This document shows positions 24,990-37,306 of a DNA stretch of 64,000 nucleotides, in pieces. Made by a program: the position numbers and the translations under genes. How positions within the stretch are numbered: the stretch's first letter is position 1; every line of letters starts with the position of its first letter. The stretch lies in NCBI RefSeq assembly GCF_018350175.1, contig NC_058368.1, forward strand, positions 1,364,001-1,428,000. Direction: 5' to 3'. The stretch is from Felis catus (Eukaryota). The notes under the pieces were generated by a model. It saw nothing but the letters and a program-made list of their open reading frames with translations, was not told the origin of the DNA and ran no database searches.

Positions 24990-26080
24990 GACATGTAAAG
25001 ATTTTAAATGCATCAACAGACTTTATCAAGACAATGAAAAGACAATCTACTAAGTGGAAGAAAATATTTGGAAATCATATATGTCTATTAAGGGCTTAAT
25101 ATATAGAATATATAAAGAAACTCTATGACTCAACAACAAAAGACAAACAAGCCAAATCAAAAATAAGCAAAGAACTTGAATAGATATTTCTCCAAAGATG
25201 ATATAGAAATGTTCAGCAAGTACTTGAAAAGATGTTCAATATCACCAGTCACTAGGGAAATGAAAATCAAAACCACAAAGAGATACCAGTTCGTACACAT
25301 TAGAATGGTTATAATTTTTCTTTTTTTTTTGAGGATGTGGAAAAGTGGAACGCTTGTACATTGCTGGTGTGAATGTAAAATGGTGCAGCCACTACGGAAA
25401 ACAGTTTGGTGGTTCCTCAAAAAGTTAAACATAGACTTACCACATCATCTGGCAATTCCACTCCTAGGGACATACCTAAAAGAACTGAAAATAGGAACTT
25501 AAACAGATGCTTGTACATGAGTGTCCATAGCAGCATTATCACTGTAACCAAAAGGTGGAAAAAACCCAAGTGCCCGTGAATTGATAAACAGTAGTATAAA
25601 CAATCATATATTATTCGGTCATAATAAGGAACGAACTTCAGATACATGCATGCTAAACTAGGAGTAAACCTTGAACATAGGCCGGGTGAAGTAATCCAAA
25701 CACGAAAAGACAAACACTGCATGGTTCACCTTCTACAAGGTGATTAGGATCGACAAATTCATAGAAACAGAAAGTGGAGTGGTGATTGCCAGGGACTGTG
25801 GGGAGAAGAGAAAGGGAGTTAATGTTTAATGGTCACTGGGTTAGTGTTTTGGGTGACGAAAATGTTCTGGAAATAGTGGTAAGGGTTGTACAACATTGTG
25901 AATGTAACTGATGCCACTCCCTGAATCATATACTGAAAAATAGTTAAAATAGCAATGTTTATGTCACCTACCTATTGACTACCTTTTTAAAAAGTTCCTA
26001 GCATAATATTCCAAACGCCACCAAGTAGCTGAATTGTGTGGTATTTAAATTGTATCCCAATAAAGCTGTTTAAAATGGAA
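24990..26080 (+). mobile_element. L1 ORF2 C-terminus and 3'UTR
   Basis: GTLVHCWCECKMVQPLRKTVWWFLKKL. Confidence 0.9.
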
Positions 26081-26445
26081 GAATATGTGAAAGAGCATGT
26101 CGGGTGAAATAAAAGTTTGCTCTCGCCGAGCTTTGTCGTGTACGAACTGTGTTCCTGGGTGTGTGTCGTCGGGGTGAGCCTGGGTGGTGGCCGCGTGTTG
26201 GCCCCACTGTGCGAAACAGGCCGGGTGTGTATCCCTGGGGATCTTTGCGTTTCTAGAGCTGTTTTTACTTTCGAAGATACTGCTGAGTTAGGCGGAATTC
26301 TCTACATCCACTTGTATTTTGCTTGGTATTCACTTTCTTACAAAAATGCACAATGAAGACAAAGAAAACAAAAGGCCCAATCACTACTCTTCATTTCACT
26401 CCAAAGAAAGCAAGATTCATTTCCAATTTTTTTTTTTTTTAATAG

Positions 26446-26780
26446 AAAGCCATGCGGGTCCCTTATTACCTCCTCTTTCATGAAAGAGTGCTTCAGGTGC
26501 CCCAAAGAAAAGCAGTGTCTCCAAGGGCAAAGTCGCTACCTGTGAAGAGTTGGTGTCGAAGTCAATGGCACCCCACGTGGGTTCAGGGACATGGCCGTGC
26601 CCTCGTCCCAAATTATTCCCCTCATCAGAACGTGGTCTGCATACCACCTGCGGCAGAATTTCTCAGGATGCTGGTAATTCTGACGTGGCATCAGGAGTCT
26701 GCATCTTTAACCGGCACCGCCACTGACTTTTCCGTACCGCTGAGAACCTCTGCTGCGAATTCTTTCGCTTTCCATGGATA
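26446..26780 (+). pseudogene. Candidate large exon, CpG-rich
   Basis: Poly-T plus aatag acceptor, donor ATA|gtaaga. Frames give EFLRML.. and ..GVCIFNRHRH*LFRTAENLCCEFFRF. Confidence 0.5.
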
Positions 26781-27358
26781 GTAAGAGGTTGCGGGCTTGA
26801 CTCTAAAACAGTGACCTGATGGGGTGACCTTGCAAGTCTCCCCTGGAAGTAAAAGCCCAATGCCCTTCCTTCCCCGATCAGCCGTACGCATGCTCCGTGA
26901 GTCCTTGTTCCCGATTTGATCTAACTGAACGATTTGAGGGGGCTGGAGCCCTGCTGTGCCTGGGTTTTCCCGGGCTGGGGCCAGGCTGTGTTCCTGACCT
27001 GACCTTGGGCCCAACACATCTCCAGCCTCAGCTTAGACTACCTCTTGTTTCCTGCCAGGCCTTGCCTACTCCTAGGATGGCTGTCTGTCTTGACAAAATC
27101 ATTTCCAAACTCTGACCTGAGGTTTGCTAGGATTTTAAACAAAAACAGCTTTACCCTTCCTTAATACCCAGCCCTGGGATGTGGTCACATTGCTTTAACA
27201 GTGTGACTAAGGATTTGGTTTGGTCCCCTACCCTTGGAACGGATCCTCTAGACATCAGATCAGGGCTGGACACAACGCAGCCCAGCTGAACGCGTGCCCC
27301 GCAGAACGCTGCCCCCTCTGGGGCCTTCTTACCATTGGCAATTGCATTTTTGCCACAG

Positions 27359-27506
27359 ACGGGCTGAGAGAGCGTCTTACCTCATCCTTGCCCCTGAGCG
27401 TCCTTTTTAGAAGGGATTTTTTTCTTGCATACAATAGCCCTTTTCCAAACTCTATTGCGCAGTTTTCAACAAATCTATCAGTGCCTGGTATGTACCAGAT
27501 ACTTAG
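27359..27506 (+). pseudogene. Candidate exon, fully open frame
   Basis: Acceptor tttttgccacag, consensus donor TAG|gtaagt. Reads GLRERLTSSLPLSVLFRRDFFLAYNSPFPNSIAQFSTNLSVPGMYQIL. Confidence 0.6.
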
Positions 27507-28039
27507 GTAAGTATTCAGTATTCTGAAAAAGACAGACCTGGGCCCGTGGGTACAGATAAGGAAACCATATCTCTGACATACGGTGGGTGCTAGAACCATG
27601 TGCAGTGGCGGGAGGGACAGAGTACTGTCAGAATCTTTGGGGTGGGGGTGGGGGGATGTTTAACGCCGTCTTGGGGACTCTGGAAAGAACAGCTAGAGAA
27701 AGTGATATCTGAACTGTAATCTGAAGTTGATTCGGACTTAATGAAAATGAATTTAGACTTAAACCATTCTCCAAATAGGAGTTTGCTAAACTTGGAATTC
27801 TTCATACTTTTCCTTTCCTTCTGAGATACAAAGCTTTTCTAAATAAGTAATTAACTAAAGAGGAAAGCCATTCAAAGGAACCTCATATATCCAAACCACT
27901 TGGATTAATGAAAAATATGTCAACAATCAAAAGATTTAAACTCCTGGGATGCCGTTTGTTTCTCCAAACTGAGACTGTTTCCCTTCCTGGTGGTGTCATT
28001 TTCCTCATCTTTACAGGTGCTGATAATAGTTCTTTACAG

Positions 28040-28122
28040 TAATGAGTTTGCTGTAATGTTTTGTTTTGCCTTTTTTTTGGAAAAGAATTAGCTCTTTGAG
28101 GACATTAGATTATTTCCTGTTG
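28040..28122 (+). pseudogene. Candidate exon, RGS helix 2-4-like motif
   Basis: Acceptor ttctttacag, donor TTG|gtgaga. Joins the previous exon in phase to give YQIL-S-NEFAVMFCFAFFLEKN*LFEDIRLF. Confidence 0.6.
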
Positions 28123-28552
28123 GTGAGAGTCTGTCTTTGGGGAATGTTTTATGCCCTCAAAAGAAGGGATTCCACTGACCTAAGGGTGTTAAAGTCACAA
28201 CCAAAGTTGCTTTCACAACTGCTAATTATTTGTGAAATGTAAGCAGCGCTCTCAGAGTTGAAGCCATGATTGTTAAAAAAAGCAAAACAAACAAACACGA
28301 AATTAAAAAGCCAAAGGCTCCCAGTCCCTCTGAAACAGATCCTTGAAGATTCATACTTTGACTCCTGGCGCTAAACAAAAATGCTAAAAACAAACAAAAG
28401 AAAAACCACCACCATCTCAGAGTGTAATCTAACAGTCTTCCATTAAACAAATAACTCATTATTTCTCTTGCTTCTCCATACTTTGGAATGTAAATTAAGT
28501 TAATGCTCGCGTATTGTTAAGGGTGAGTGTTGTCACAATTTTTCCTTCTTAG

Positions 28553-28766
28553 CATCGGTCTAAGAATAAGTAAACCACAGTCAGGTGATGAGCTCTTCAA
28601 GCTGAAAAACCCTCGGGCCCCGTTTTACACGTCTGACCACAAAATACTAGAAACCGTGAAAATGTTACAGCAACATTCACAATGCACTGGGAGCTCAGTA
28701 GTATGCAATGATGTGGGTTCAGATACACCCAGGGTCATATCAAGCCCGCAAAAGAAATATAGGAAA
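28553..28766 (+). pseudogene. Candidate exon
   Basis: Acceptor tttttccttcttag. Open frame IGLRISKPQSGDELFKLKNPRAPFYTSDHKILETVKMLQQ... Weak donor. Confidence 0.4.
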
Positions 28767-28895
28767 GTATATATGGTTGTCTTCTCACCTAATCAGTATT
28801 GCAGTAATAATTGATTCAAAAGTATTTGAGGCAAAAATCCATTTGGCAATCAAGAACTTCAGTCAACGTATTCTTGTTAATAAGACTATTGTTTT

Positions 28896-29017
28896 GGGAT
28901 GGCTGGGTGGCTCAGTAGGTTAAGCATCTGACTCTTGATTTTGGTTCAGATCATGATCTCATGGTCATGAGTTTGAGCCTGTGTTTGGCTCTGCACTGGG
29001 CGTGGAACCTGCTTAAG

Positions 29018-29069
<52 letters not shown>

Positions 29070-29126
29070 CCCCGTGTGTGTTCTCTCTCTCTGTCTCTAT
29101 CTCTCTCTCTCTCTCAAAAAAAAAAA
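28896..29126 (+). mobile_element. CanSINE with expanded (CT)n
   Basis: Head, (CT)~22 and A tail. Confidence 0.93.
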
Positions 29127-29185
29127 GACTTGTTTTATGTAGTGTTTTCAGTTGTGTAAATCTTCCTAATTTAACTCTTGCCTAA

Positions 29186-29265
29186 AAATGAGGGCCTCAG
29201 CCTTGGAAGAGTCCTTTGAAACGTAGCCACGAATCCCTCCGTTGCTTCCATGGGCAGCTCTGAAG
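29186..29265 (+). pseudogene. Candidate exon
   Basis: Donor AAG|gtgaga, acceptor not intact. Reads MRASALEESFET*PRIPPLLPWAALK. Confidence 0.3.
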
Positions 29266-29654
29266 GTGAGAAACAATAACACAGCTGTGGCCAACACTTA
29301 CTGAGGAGCTGAGCTCTTTGGCACTGTGCCAAAGAGTTGGCTCAACTTCTTTCAATCCTTAGCCTTCCTCAAGAGACGCTGTTGGCTTCACCCTTCACAG
29401 GGCAAGAGACGTTGCCGTGCTCAGAATCTGGAGGTGAAGCTGGGACTCAACGCCAGGTCTGTCAGAGTCCTAAGGGTCACTTTTAACTACCCTCCTGAAC
29501 CGCTGTTTCTCTAGGAAGTCAGTTGTTAGGCTGAGTAGAACTGGGTCCCTTGATTCCTTCGCTGGGTTCTGGTGACAATCCATCCTCTTGTTGGGTCGCT
29601 CTTGAGTATCATTTTCCCATGAATTGTCTTCTTGTCCCGGCTAAATATCCCCAG

Positions 29655-29981
29655 ACCTTCCAAGATTCCTCAAACACCAATCCCTCCGTGTGCCCAGAAG
29701 GACAACACCGTGTGCAGCTTGAAGCTGGGTGCTGCACAAGGCTGCACCCCAGGGAGCTGGGATGCGGGGCAGAGAGCCCTGGGAATCTACACGCTGACTT
29801 TCACCACGATCCAACTTTACTGTCTGGGGGAGGGACAATGTGAAGTAAAGTCACGGGCGTGACTCAGACGGAGGTTACTAAAAACAAAACAAAATTTTGT
29901 TTTTCCTGACGTGCCGTGCTTTGTCCTTGTGCAGCCTGTCTAATGAGCTAAGCGGAGGGACTTACACTTGTTCTTAATAAA
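29655..29981 (+). pseudogene. Candidate terminal exon with polyadenylation signal
   Basis: Acceptor ccccag. Open frame PSKIPQTPIPPCAQKDNTVCSLKLG.. to TGA at 29862, then AATAAA at 29976. Confidence 0.4.
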
Positions 29982-31339
29982 TTGCGTCCTGATGGTTCAG
30001 CACAATGTTCTAATTTATCTTAGTGGCATTTTTTAAAATCCAGGTCTGTTATTCAACATACTCTTTTTGTGTCTAGCTTCTGGTGTGTGCAGTGTTGCAT
30101 AGTGAAAAGAACATAGTTTAAGGTCATACTAACCCAGATTCAAGTGCTCGCTGGCTCTGCCACTTACAGGCTATGCGATCTTGGACAGCCATGGTACTTA
30201 GTCTTGCAGAACCTTTCTGCAATCTCTGTAGCATTGTTTAGACATAATGCTGTTCTTTAAGAGCAAAATGACTAAGTCCACACCCTGTGGGGTTGGCGCC
30301 CAGAGCCTCAGGGGAGAAGTACCCCAGAGGGACTGTAATTTAGGAGGCAGAAACGTAAGCAACTTGAGAGTTATCTGTTCAGAGAGCAAATGTGTGACCA
30401 GAGAGGATGGGTCCCAGACGAAGGGAGCAAGAAACTACATTTTGGAGGAGAGAGACCCTGAGCCCAACACGACGGAGCTTTCCGGAACAGGCCTCACCGT
30501 GGCCTGAGTGAGACAGTTCTCACCTCAGTATGGACAACTTCACTTCTGCTTTCATGACACACACATCAGGCAACTGTCCCAACACATCAAAAAGCCAGCC
30601 TCTCAAGACTACGGATAGGGGTCACCGGAAGAGAACATCCCCTGGTGAACTGGATGAGAGACACCTTGAGGAACTGGGACACAGCTCCCTCTGTGTGGCA
30701 TTGCCACTATGATAGACTAAGACAATGTACATACAGCAACTAATCTGAAATGCTCTAAGACTCATCCTTCCTGCCCTCCCCTTCCTATCTCCCGTCACCG
30801 CCGCCATTGCTCCCAACTGGACAGAAGTGAGCTAAGGACAGAGCCCCCCATAGGGTGCTACCAACCTTCTTCCCAACAGCATCATCTCTAACCACTGTCC
30901 TACGAGTATGGCATTTTAAAGCAATTATTAATCTACACATCGGCTATTCCCTGGCCTGAATGGCTCTCAAAGGCATCGTGCTGAAGTGCTGATACGGCAT
31001 ATTTACACGTCTCTGATTTTTCTAGCAAGCTTATGAGAAATAAAAACTGTTTTAGATCAATGCGGCTTTTTGAAAATTTTAACTGGATGCACGGTAGCTG
31101 CTTGTATTCATAAAGCACCTCATTAAAAACCCATTCTAGAATCTTTCCAGGATAAATGTCAACACACAGACTAGAGCCTGAAAGATCCATTTTCTCCCTC
31201 TTTTTGAAAATTACATCAACATTTTCCAAACTCTGGTCCTTCCAGCCCTTTCTTATTTTCTGTGCTTGTCTCTGAAAATTTGTATTCACTGAGTTATCTT
31301 GGCTACGGTGACTCCTCATCAGGAGACTCCAACTGTTTT

Positions 31340-32670
31340 ATTTTCTTTTATACTGAGAATATTTTACTATGGAAAAGTTCATACACAGAGTGAACAGCAC
31401 AATGCAGAGTGAACAGTATAACCCATCCCTCTGCACCCATCACCTCGTGTCGCCACAGGGCCCGTCTTGCTTCATCTATATTACTGCTGACTACCTTTTC
31501 CCCAAATGCGTTGTTTCAAAGCACATCCCAGACATTCTACCATTTTAATCTGTAAATGCTTCAGGTTGTGTCTCTAAGATATGGCCTCATTGTCCTTAAA
31601 AATAAAACCACAACATCATGATCACATCTATAAAAATTCCTTAATATCATCAAACATCCAGTTTCTATACAAATTTATTTTTAAAAATCATAGTTGTTTT
31701 GTTTTTTGACATTTGTTTTGTCTGATCCAGGATCCAAACTCTACATTTAGTTGATAGGTGGAAGTTTCTTTTAATCTATGAGTTCTCCTTAACTTTTTCC
31801 CCACTGTACTTTATTTGTTGAAGAGATTTGATTATTTGTCTTGATTGCGGATATCAGGCAGGAAACACATAGGCCAGAAACATTTTGTCATAGCAGAAAC
31901 AAGGAAGCCATCGTAGTTCGCTGTACTCATGTCAAAAGACTTTAGGAGCCAACTTGAAGAAGCTAACACTCGTCAGTAACAATAACTTGAACATCGAAAA
32001 GAAGAACAACTGTAGTAGGTTGTAACATGTCAAATATGTTAAAACTCCATTAGTTCCTCGATACTATCAAAGGGGGAAGAAAGTCCCTCATCGGTCGCCT
32101 CTGGAAGATTCTAAGGATCCACCTCCTCACTCCAAAAACCGATAAATAAAATGCTCAACCACTTATTCTGACTTTTCTATGTGAACTGCACCTCAAAGAA
32201 GACAAACAGTTGATAGGGAAGAGGTGGTTTTGGTCTTTATATAGACCAAATATAGAAGTACTCCAGCCAATTAACAAAGAAGAGGTAATAAACTTCACTA
32301 TTTTACAATCCCTAATGTAATAATAGATCTAGGTAGTCATCATTGATGACTACAAAAATTAGGTGAAACGCTGATGGGGAAATTCATAATAGATGAAACA
32401 GACTCAAAACACCTAAACCCACTGATTATCCCTAAGGCCACAACAAGGGAGACAATCAGTCATCAGTTATGTGTTTCTTGCTGTCACACAATGAGTAGTA
32501 TACAACACACATCTGAAGTAGGCTTGCCCAAAACATCAAACCTGAATAGAACCAAGACTTCATATCTAACTACCAGTTTACAGGACATAGAGAGATCAGT
32601 GACCACATTAAATGATGCACAGCAATGCAATCAGCAAAATCCAGAATATGAGAAACTCTACGAGACTTTA
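31340..32670 (-). mobile_element. L1MC-like 3' fragment with 5' inversion
   Basis: 31340-31850 is antisense and 31860-32665 is sense relative to the copy at 2440-3425. Confidence 0.65.
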
Positions 32671-32782
32671 ACGGTCTTACAGTGGTTTTGAACTCTATTA
32701 AACCTCTTTAAAACACCTTTTTAAAATGAAAATTAAAAAAAATATACTAATATTACACACTCCCATCAGATTTAGCCACTAT

Positions 32783-33000
32783 TGGGGCACCTGGGTGGCT
32801 CAGTTGGCTAAGTGTCCAACTTCTACCTAGGTCATGATCTCACCGTTCCCGAGTTCGAGCCCTGCCGTGGGCTCTGTGCTGACAGCTCAGAGCTTGGAAC
32901 CTGTTTCAGATTCTGTGTCTCCCTTTCTCCCTGCCCCTCCCCCACTCACACTCTGTTTCTGTCTCTCTCTCAAAAATAAATAAACATTAAAAAAATTTAA
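32783..33000 (+). mobile_element. CanSINE
   Basis: TSD gatttagcca. Confidence 0.95.
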
Positions 33001-33069
33001 GAAAGGGATTTAGCCATTAGTACCATTTTGGCATATTTTGCTTCTGGTTTTCTTACCATCTTTTCAAAC

Positions 33070-33301
33070 ATTAAAAAAAAAATGTTTACTTATTTTTAAA
33101 GAGAGAGAGAAAGAAAGAGAGTGTGAGTAAGTGTTGAGTAGGGGAGAGGCAGAGAGAGAGAGGGACAGAGAGAATCCCAAGCAGGCTCCGTGCTGTCGGC
33201 ACAGAGCCCAACATGGGGCTCAATCTCACGAACCGTGAGATCATGACCTGAATTGAAATCAAGAGTCAGAAGCTTAACCGACCAAGCCACCCGGGTGCCC
33301 C
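33070..33301 (-). mobile_element. CanSINE
   Basis: Antisense full-length copy. Confidence 0.95.
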
Positions 33302-34506
33302 GTATTTTTGTCTTTTAAAGAAAATTCGCTCCATTGTTTTTATAAGTATCTTATGAAAAATCTTATAAAAAAAGGTTTATGATATAAAGTACAAAAATGT
33401 CAGTTAAATAGAAAGGTTTCTAACCCCCCCCAGGTCCACACCTACTGTTAAGGTAAACATTACATGTGGTATCTCCCTCTGCATAAAGACAGAAGGACAC
33501 AGGGAAAGAAATACGTTTACAAAAATGTGATCATACTAAAATGCCATTATTCATAAAAAGTATTACATTTGTTTTCACTCGAATTTCACAGACAAAAATT
33601 AAACTGAAGGAAGCTTTGAAACTCAAAAGTTTCTTCACGGCAAAGGTTGTTATTCCTAAAAATCACCCTCAATTTAAACAGAGAAACTGTGAGAAACAGT
33701 TAAAGGACAGGGTCACCGTTGTTGCCTTTTCAAAGCATTGTTTCAATTTTTGAGTGTTTGTTGAAACTCTTGGCTTTCAGGATAACAGTAAATCTTTCCT
33801 CTTTCCGCCCTTACCCCCCGTCCACGCCTCCCTGTTTCTTCTACTCACGTTTTGATTTCATTTCACGCAAGTTTGTAACTTTGGGATTCTTTGGCAACCA
33901 CACTTGTTTTGTATTAGCTCACAGCAATCCTTTCAGCTTCTCTGCCCGATGGTCCTTCCACGTGAGGGTGGCCACCTGCCACCTGTCCCCTCCCGAGGCC
34001 TTTGCTGGCCCAAGCCCTGGGCTCAGACTTCTTTCCAGAAAGCCCAGGGGCTGTTCCGTTGCCTCTGGTGCTCAGTGTTGCTGTGGGCAAGCTGGCGATC
34101 AGACTGAATTGGGTTTTTATTTGGGGGGGGGCGTGGTTCTAGCAGGTCTATTGACCTTTCTGTCTGGTGTCTTACGAATTTGTTCTTTGCCTCAAAATTC
34201 AACAGCCTGACTATGCCTGAGGTTCGCTATCAAAATTTCCGGAAATGCGGTGAGCTGTCTTGATACAAAGTTCTGCTCTTTTTCAGGAAAATGCTCTTGC
34301 GTTCTGTCTTTGAATGCATCTTCTCTTTCGTTTGTGAGTTCTCTACCTCAGCTCCTGTGGGGATTGTCTTTGTCACTTCTATCTATTAGCTTCCTTCCAG
34401 TTTAATTTTTTAGCTGTTTTCATCGTCTTTCTCCAGGATTATACCCAACCTGTCCAACTTTGTGGTAATTCAGTTTCCATCAGTGTTTAGTTCCACCCCT
34501 TGCTTC

Positions 34507-35224
34507 TGACGGGGAGACTGAGGCAAGCTGAGGGCGAAGTACAGGCTGGCACGCACCTCTCCCCGCCCCAGGTGGGATCTGTGTGATATTCCTGGGACAC
34601 TCCCGGCCACCCAAGAACAGACAAAGGAAAGGGGTTTAAGTGCTGGCCGTGGCAATGTGGGAAACTAAGGCAAACGAAAAATTAAATTCCCTTATTGCCT
34701 ACAGCCCATTGAAAGTCCTTGAGACCGGCACAGTGACCTCCCTTAAGGAGCTCGGCTGCCTAAGGATGACACTTTGCTGGGGACAAAAGAGAACCTTAGC
34801 TTCACATGATCCCAACTTCGAGGATCCTGTAAGTCAACTTCCTTTATCTCAACTGCCCCAAGATAAGTGGTGGCCATCATACTCCAAGCTTATGGCCCCT
34901 GATATACATCTAAAGGGTCTCATGACTGAGGTTTTATTAAATGGTAATAAATGGTGCTTCCCTAGTCACAGCTAGCCCCTCAAGGTCCTGGAAAGCTTGC
35001 TTCCAAAATTCCTTGGAGACTTACTCTATCCCTGACCCCTCCCAACCTGAGGGTATGTAATGAGTTACCCGTCACAACCCTAGTACAGCTCTTCCTGCCC
35101 ATGGGTCCTGACCCCATGCTTTCATAAAATCACCTTTTTGCACCAAAAACGTCTTCGAGAATCCTTTCTTGGTCATCGGCTCAGAATCACCCCATGAACC
35201 TCCCATCACCCCAAGACTTCATCA
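34507..35224 (+). mobile_element. ERV1-class solo LTR, 718 bp
   Basis: TGACG...CATCA inverted termini and 4-bp TSD CTTC (34503-34506 and 35225-35228). Confidence 0.88.
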
Positions 35225-35359
35225 CTTCTGTGATCCATTTGTTAATTAACAGTGAGATTCTGATCCTCAGCGGGTTGACTCTGTCCTGCAACTTCCTTTC
35301 AATCTCTCCCTATAATCGTTTTCCATTTTGACTGTTTTTGTTGACTTCATATTCTTTTA

Positions 35360-35597
35360 TTATTATTTTTTTAATGTTTATTTATTTATTTTTTGAGAGA
35401 GAGAGAGAGAGAGAGACAGAGCACAGAGAGACAGAGTGGGGGAGGAGCAGAGAGAGAGGGAGACACAGAATCCGAAGCAGGCTCCAGGCTCTGAGCTGTC
35501 AGCACGGAGCCCAATGTGGGACTCGAACCCACAAACTGTGAGATCGTGACCTGAGCCGAAGCCAGACGCTCAACCGACCAAGCTACCCAGGCACCCC
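35360..35597 (-). mobile_element. CanSINE
   Basis: TSD gacttcatattct. Confidence 0.95.
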
Positions 35598-36249
35598 GAC
35601 TTCATATTCTGTTAAATGATGTGGTGGAAGTGAAACAATTGGAAGGAATTTGCTTCTGTTCCTTGAAGTCGTGTTCTCTTTTAGGCTGGTCTCTCTGTCT
35701 CTTTGGTTTCTTTCCTCTTTGCTACCCTCCCTCCCCTTTCCTTCCTTCTTGTTTGTTGAAACACTAGCAGAACTTCCCTGTCAGTCATCACTATGTGACT
35801 CATACCTTGCATACCTAATAGAGTGGGAGTGACTTCACTGCCTCCCAGGCGCTTTTCCTTCTCAGCTAGAAGTCCGAGGTCCGGGTGCTCTGTGCTCTTT
35901 CCAGTTGAGGGACCAGCCAACAGAGGCAGAGAGCTCAGCCGGGGTAGTGCAAAGTTTTGCAATAACCCTGCAGCTCTCATTTCTCTCCTGAGGTTTCATG
36001 AAATCTCTTCTACTCTCTTTACCGACACTGGGTTTCAACTTTCCTTACCTAGTTCTTTCTACACTTTCAATCTAAAAATGTTTCTCCTTAACATGGGAGA
36101 CAGACTCAAGTTAGAAGACAATAAATTTCACTTCCTGTATGTGTTCTATCAATGTCCTACCACCAGCCGCAAGCAACAATAAACAAATAAGCAAGAGACT
36201 TCTCTCTTTATTGTTCTCTGTATTGTATTTTAGCTTTTTTGCAGCCATA

Positions 36250-36480
36250 ATTTTATTTTTTTTTTTAATTTTTTTTTCAACGTTTATTTATTTTTGGGAC
36301 AGAGAGAGACAGAGCATGAACAGGGGAGGGGCAGAGAGAGAGGGAGACACAGAATCGGAAACAGGCTCCAGGCTCTGAGCCATCAGCCCAGAGCCTGACG
36401 CGGGGCTCGAACTCACAGACCGCGAGATCGTGACCTGGCTGAAGTCGGACGCTTAACCGACTGCGCCACCCAGGCGCCCC
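36250..36480 (-). mobile_element. Young CanSINE
   Basis: TSD tgcagccataatttta. Confidence 0.97.
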
Positions 36481-37306
36481 GCTGCAGCCATAATTTTAGA
36501 TTCCACGTATTTGAAGCCATTCTTACCACTTCACATTATTCTCACATGTAAAACCCTTTAAAATCTTACCTTTTCAGAGAATATCGTGGAAATTTTGTGT
36601 TTATTTCCCTCCTTTTAATCCTCAATCATATAAATTACAAGTGCAACAAGAACTAAGTATTTTAGTATTTTTGCACCATTGAGAAATATCTTATCTTTTA
36701 GAATCTCAGCTGAAATCAAATTAGTCTGCCTACCATCTAAGGTAAATGTCAAACCACTTAGCCTTCTCTGCCTTGGCTGGATAAAACGAACAATGGAAAT
36801 TCTAAAGTTACGTGAAAACTTTCTCCAGGGTTACAATCATGTCTTTAAGAAAAGCAGCTCTTATTCTACTATGGAATTCAAAGTCATCGTCTTAGTAATA
36901 GTCTTAAGATTATATTTGCTCTTAGCAGTATGCATTTGATGAGTGCTTAGTATGTGCCAGCCAGTATGCGGGTGAAAGATAAAAATGACCAAGACATGGC
37001 CCTTGTTTTCCAGAATCTTGCGTTCTAAACAACTGTATTGTAGTAATAATAAAAGCTAAAATATTATATGTCAAGTATTCTTTTCGGTACTTTTAGGTGC
37101 TCTGAATCAAGTCTCAACGGTGGTTTGAGGTAGGTACTGTTATTACTCCCATTTGAGAGTTGGAGAAATGGGCACAGCAGTTAATTTACTTAACAGAGTT
37201 CATGCATCTGCACTAAAGAATCTAATTTAACAGTTAACTCAGGAGCCTTGTTCTTTCTACCACATCATACTGCCTAGCTCCAGACCTGCATTAAAATTTC
37301 AGGTGT

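Larger units (their letters stand above)
267..29981 (+). pseudogene. Decayed multi-exon gene for a multi-RGS-domain protein (RGSL1/RGS22-like); 5' exons probably lie upstream of the window
   Basis: About 17 exon-like segments, most with AG acceptors and GT donors. RGS-like peptides include QIRQL*FWDLSEE, YQILSNEFAVMFCFAFFLEKN*LFEDIRLF and ELCAPAPALLVCKIS, in the same order as recalled RGSL1. Many stops and frameshifts. AATAAA at 29976-29981. Confidence 0.6.
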
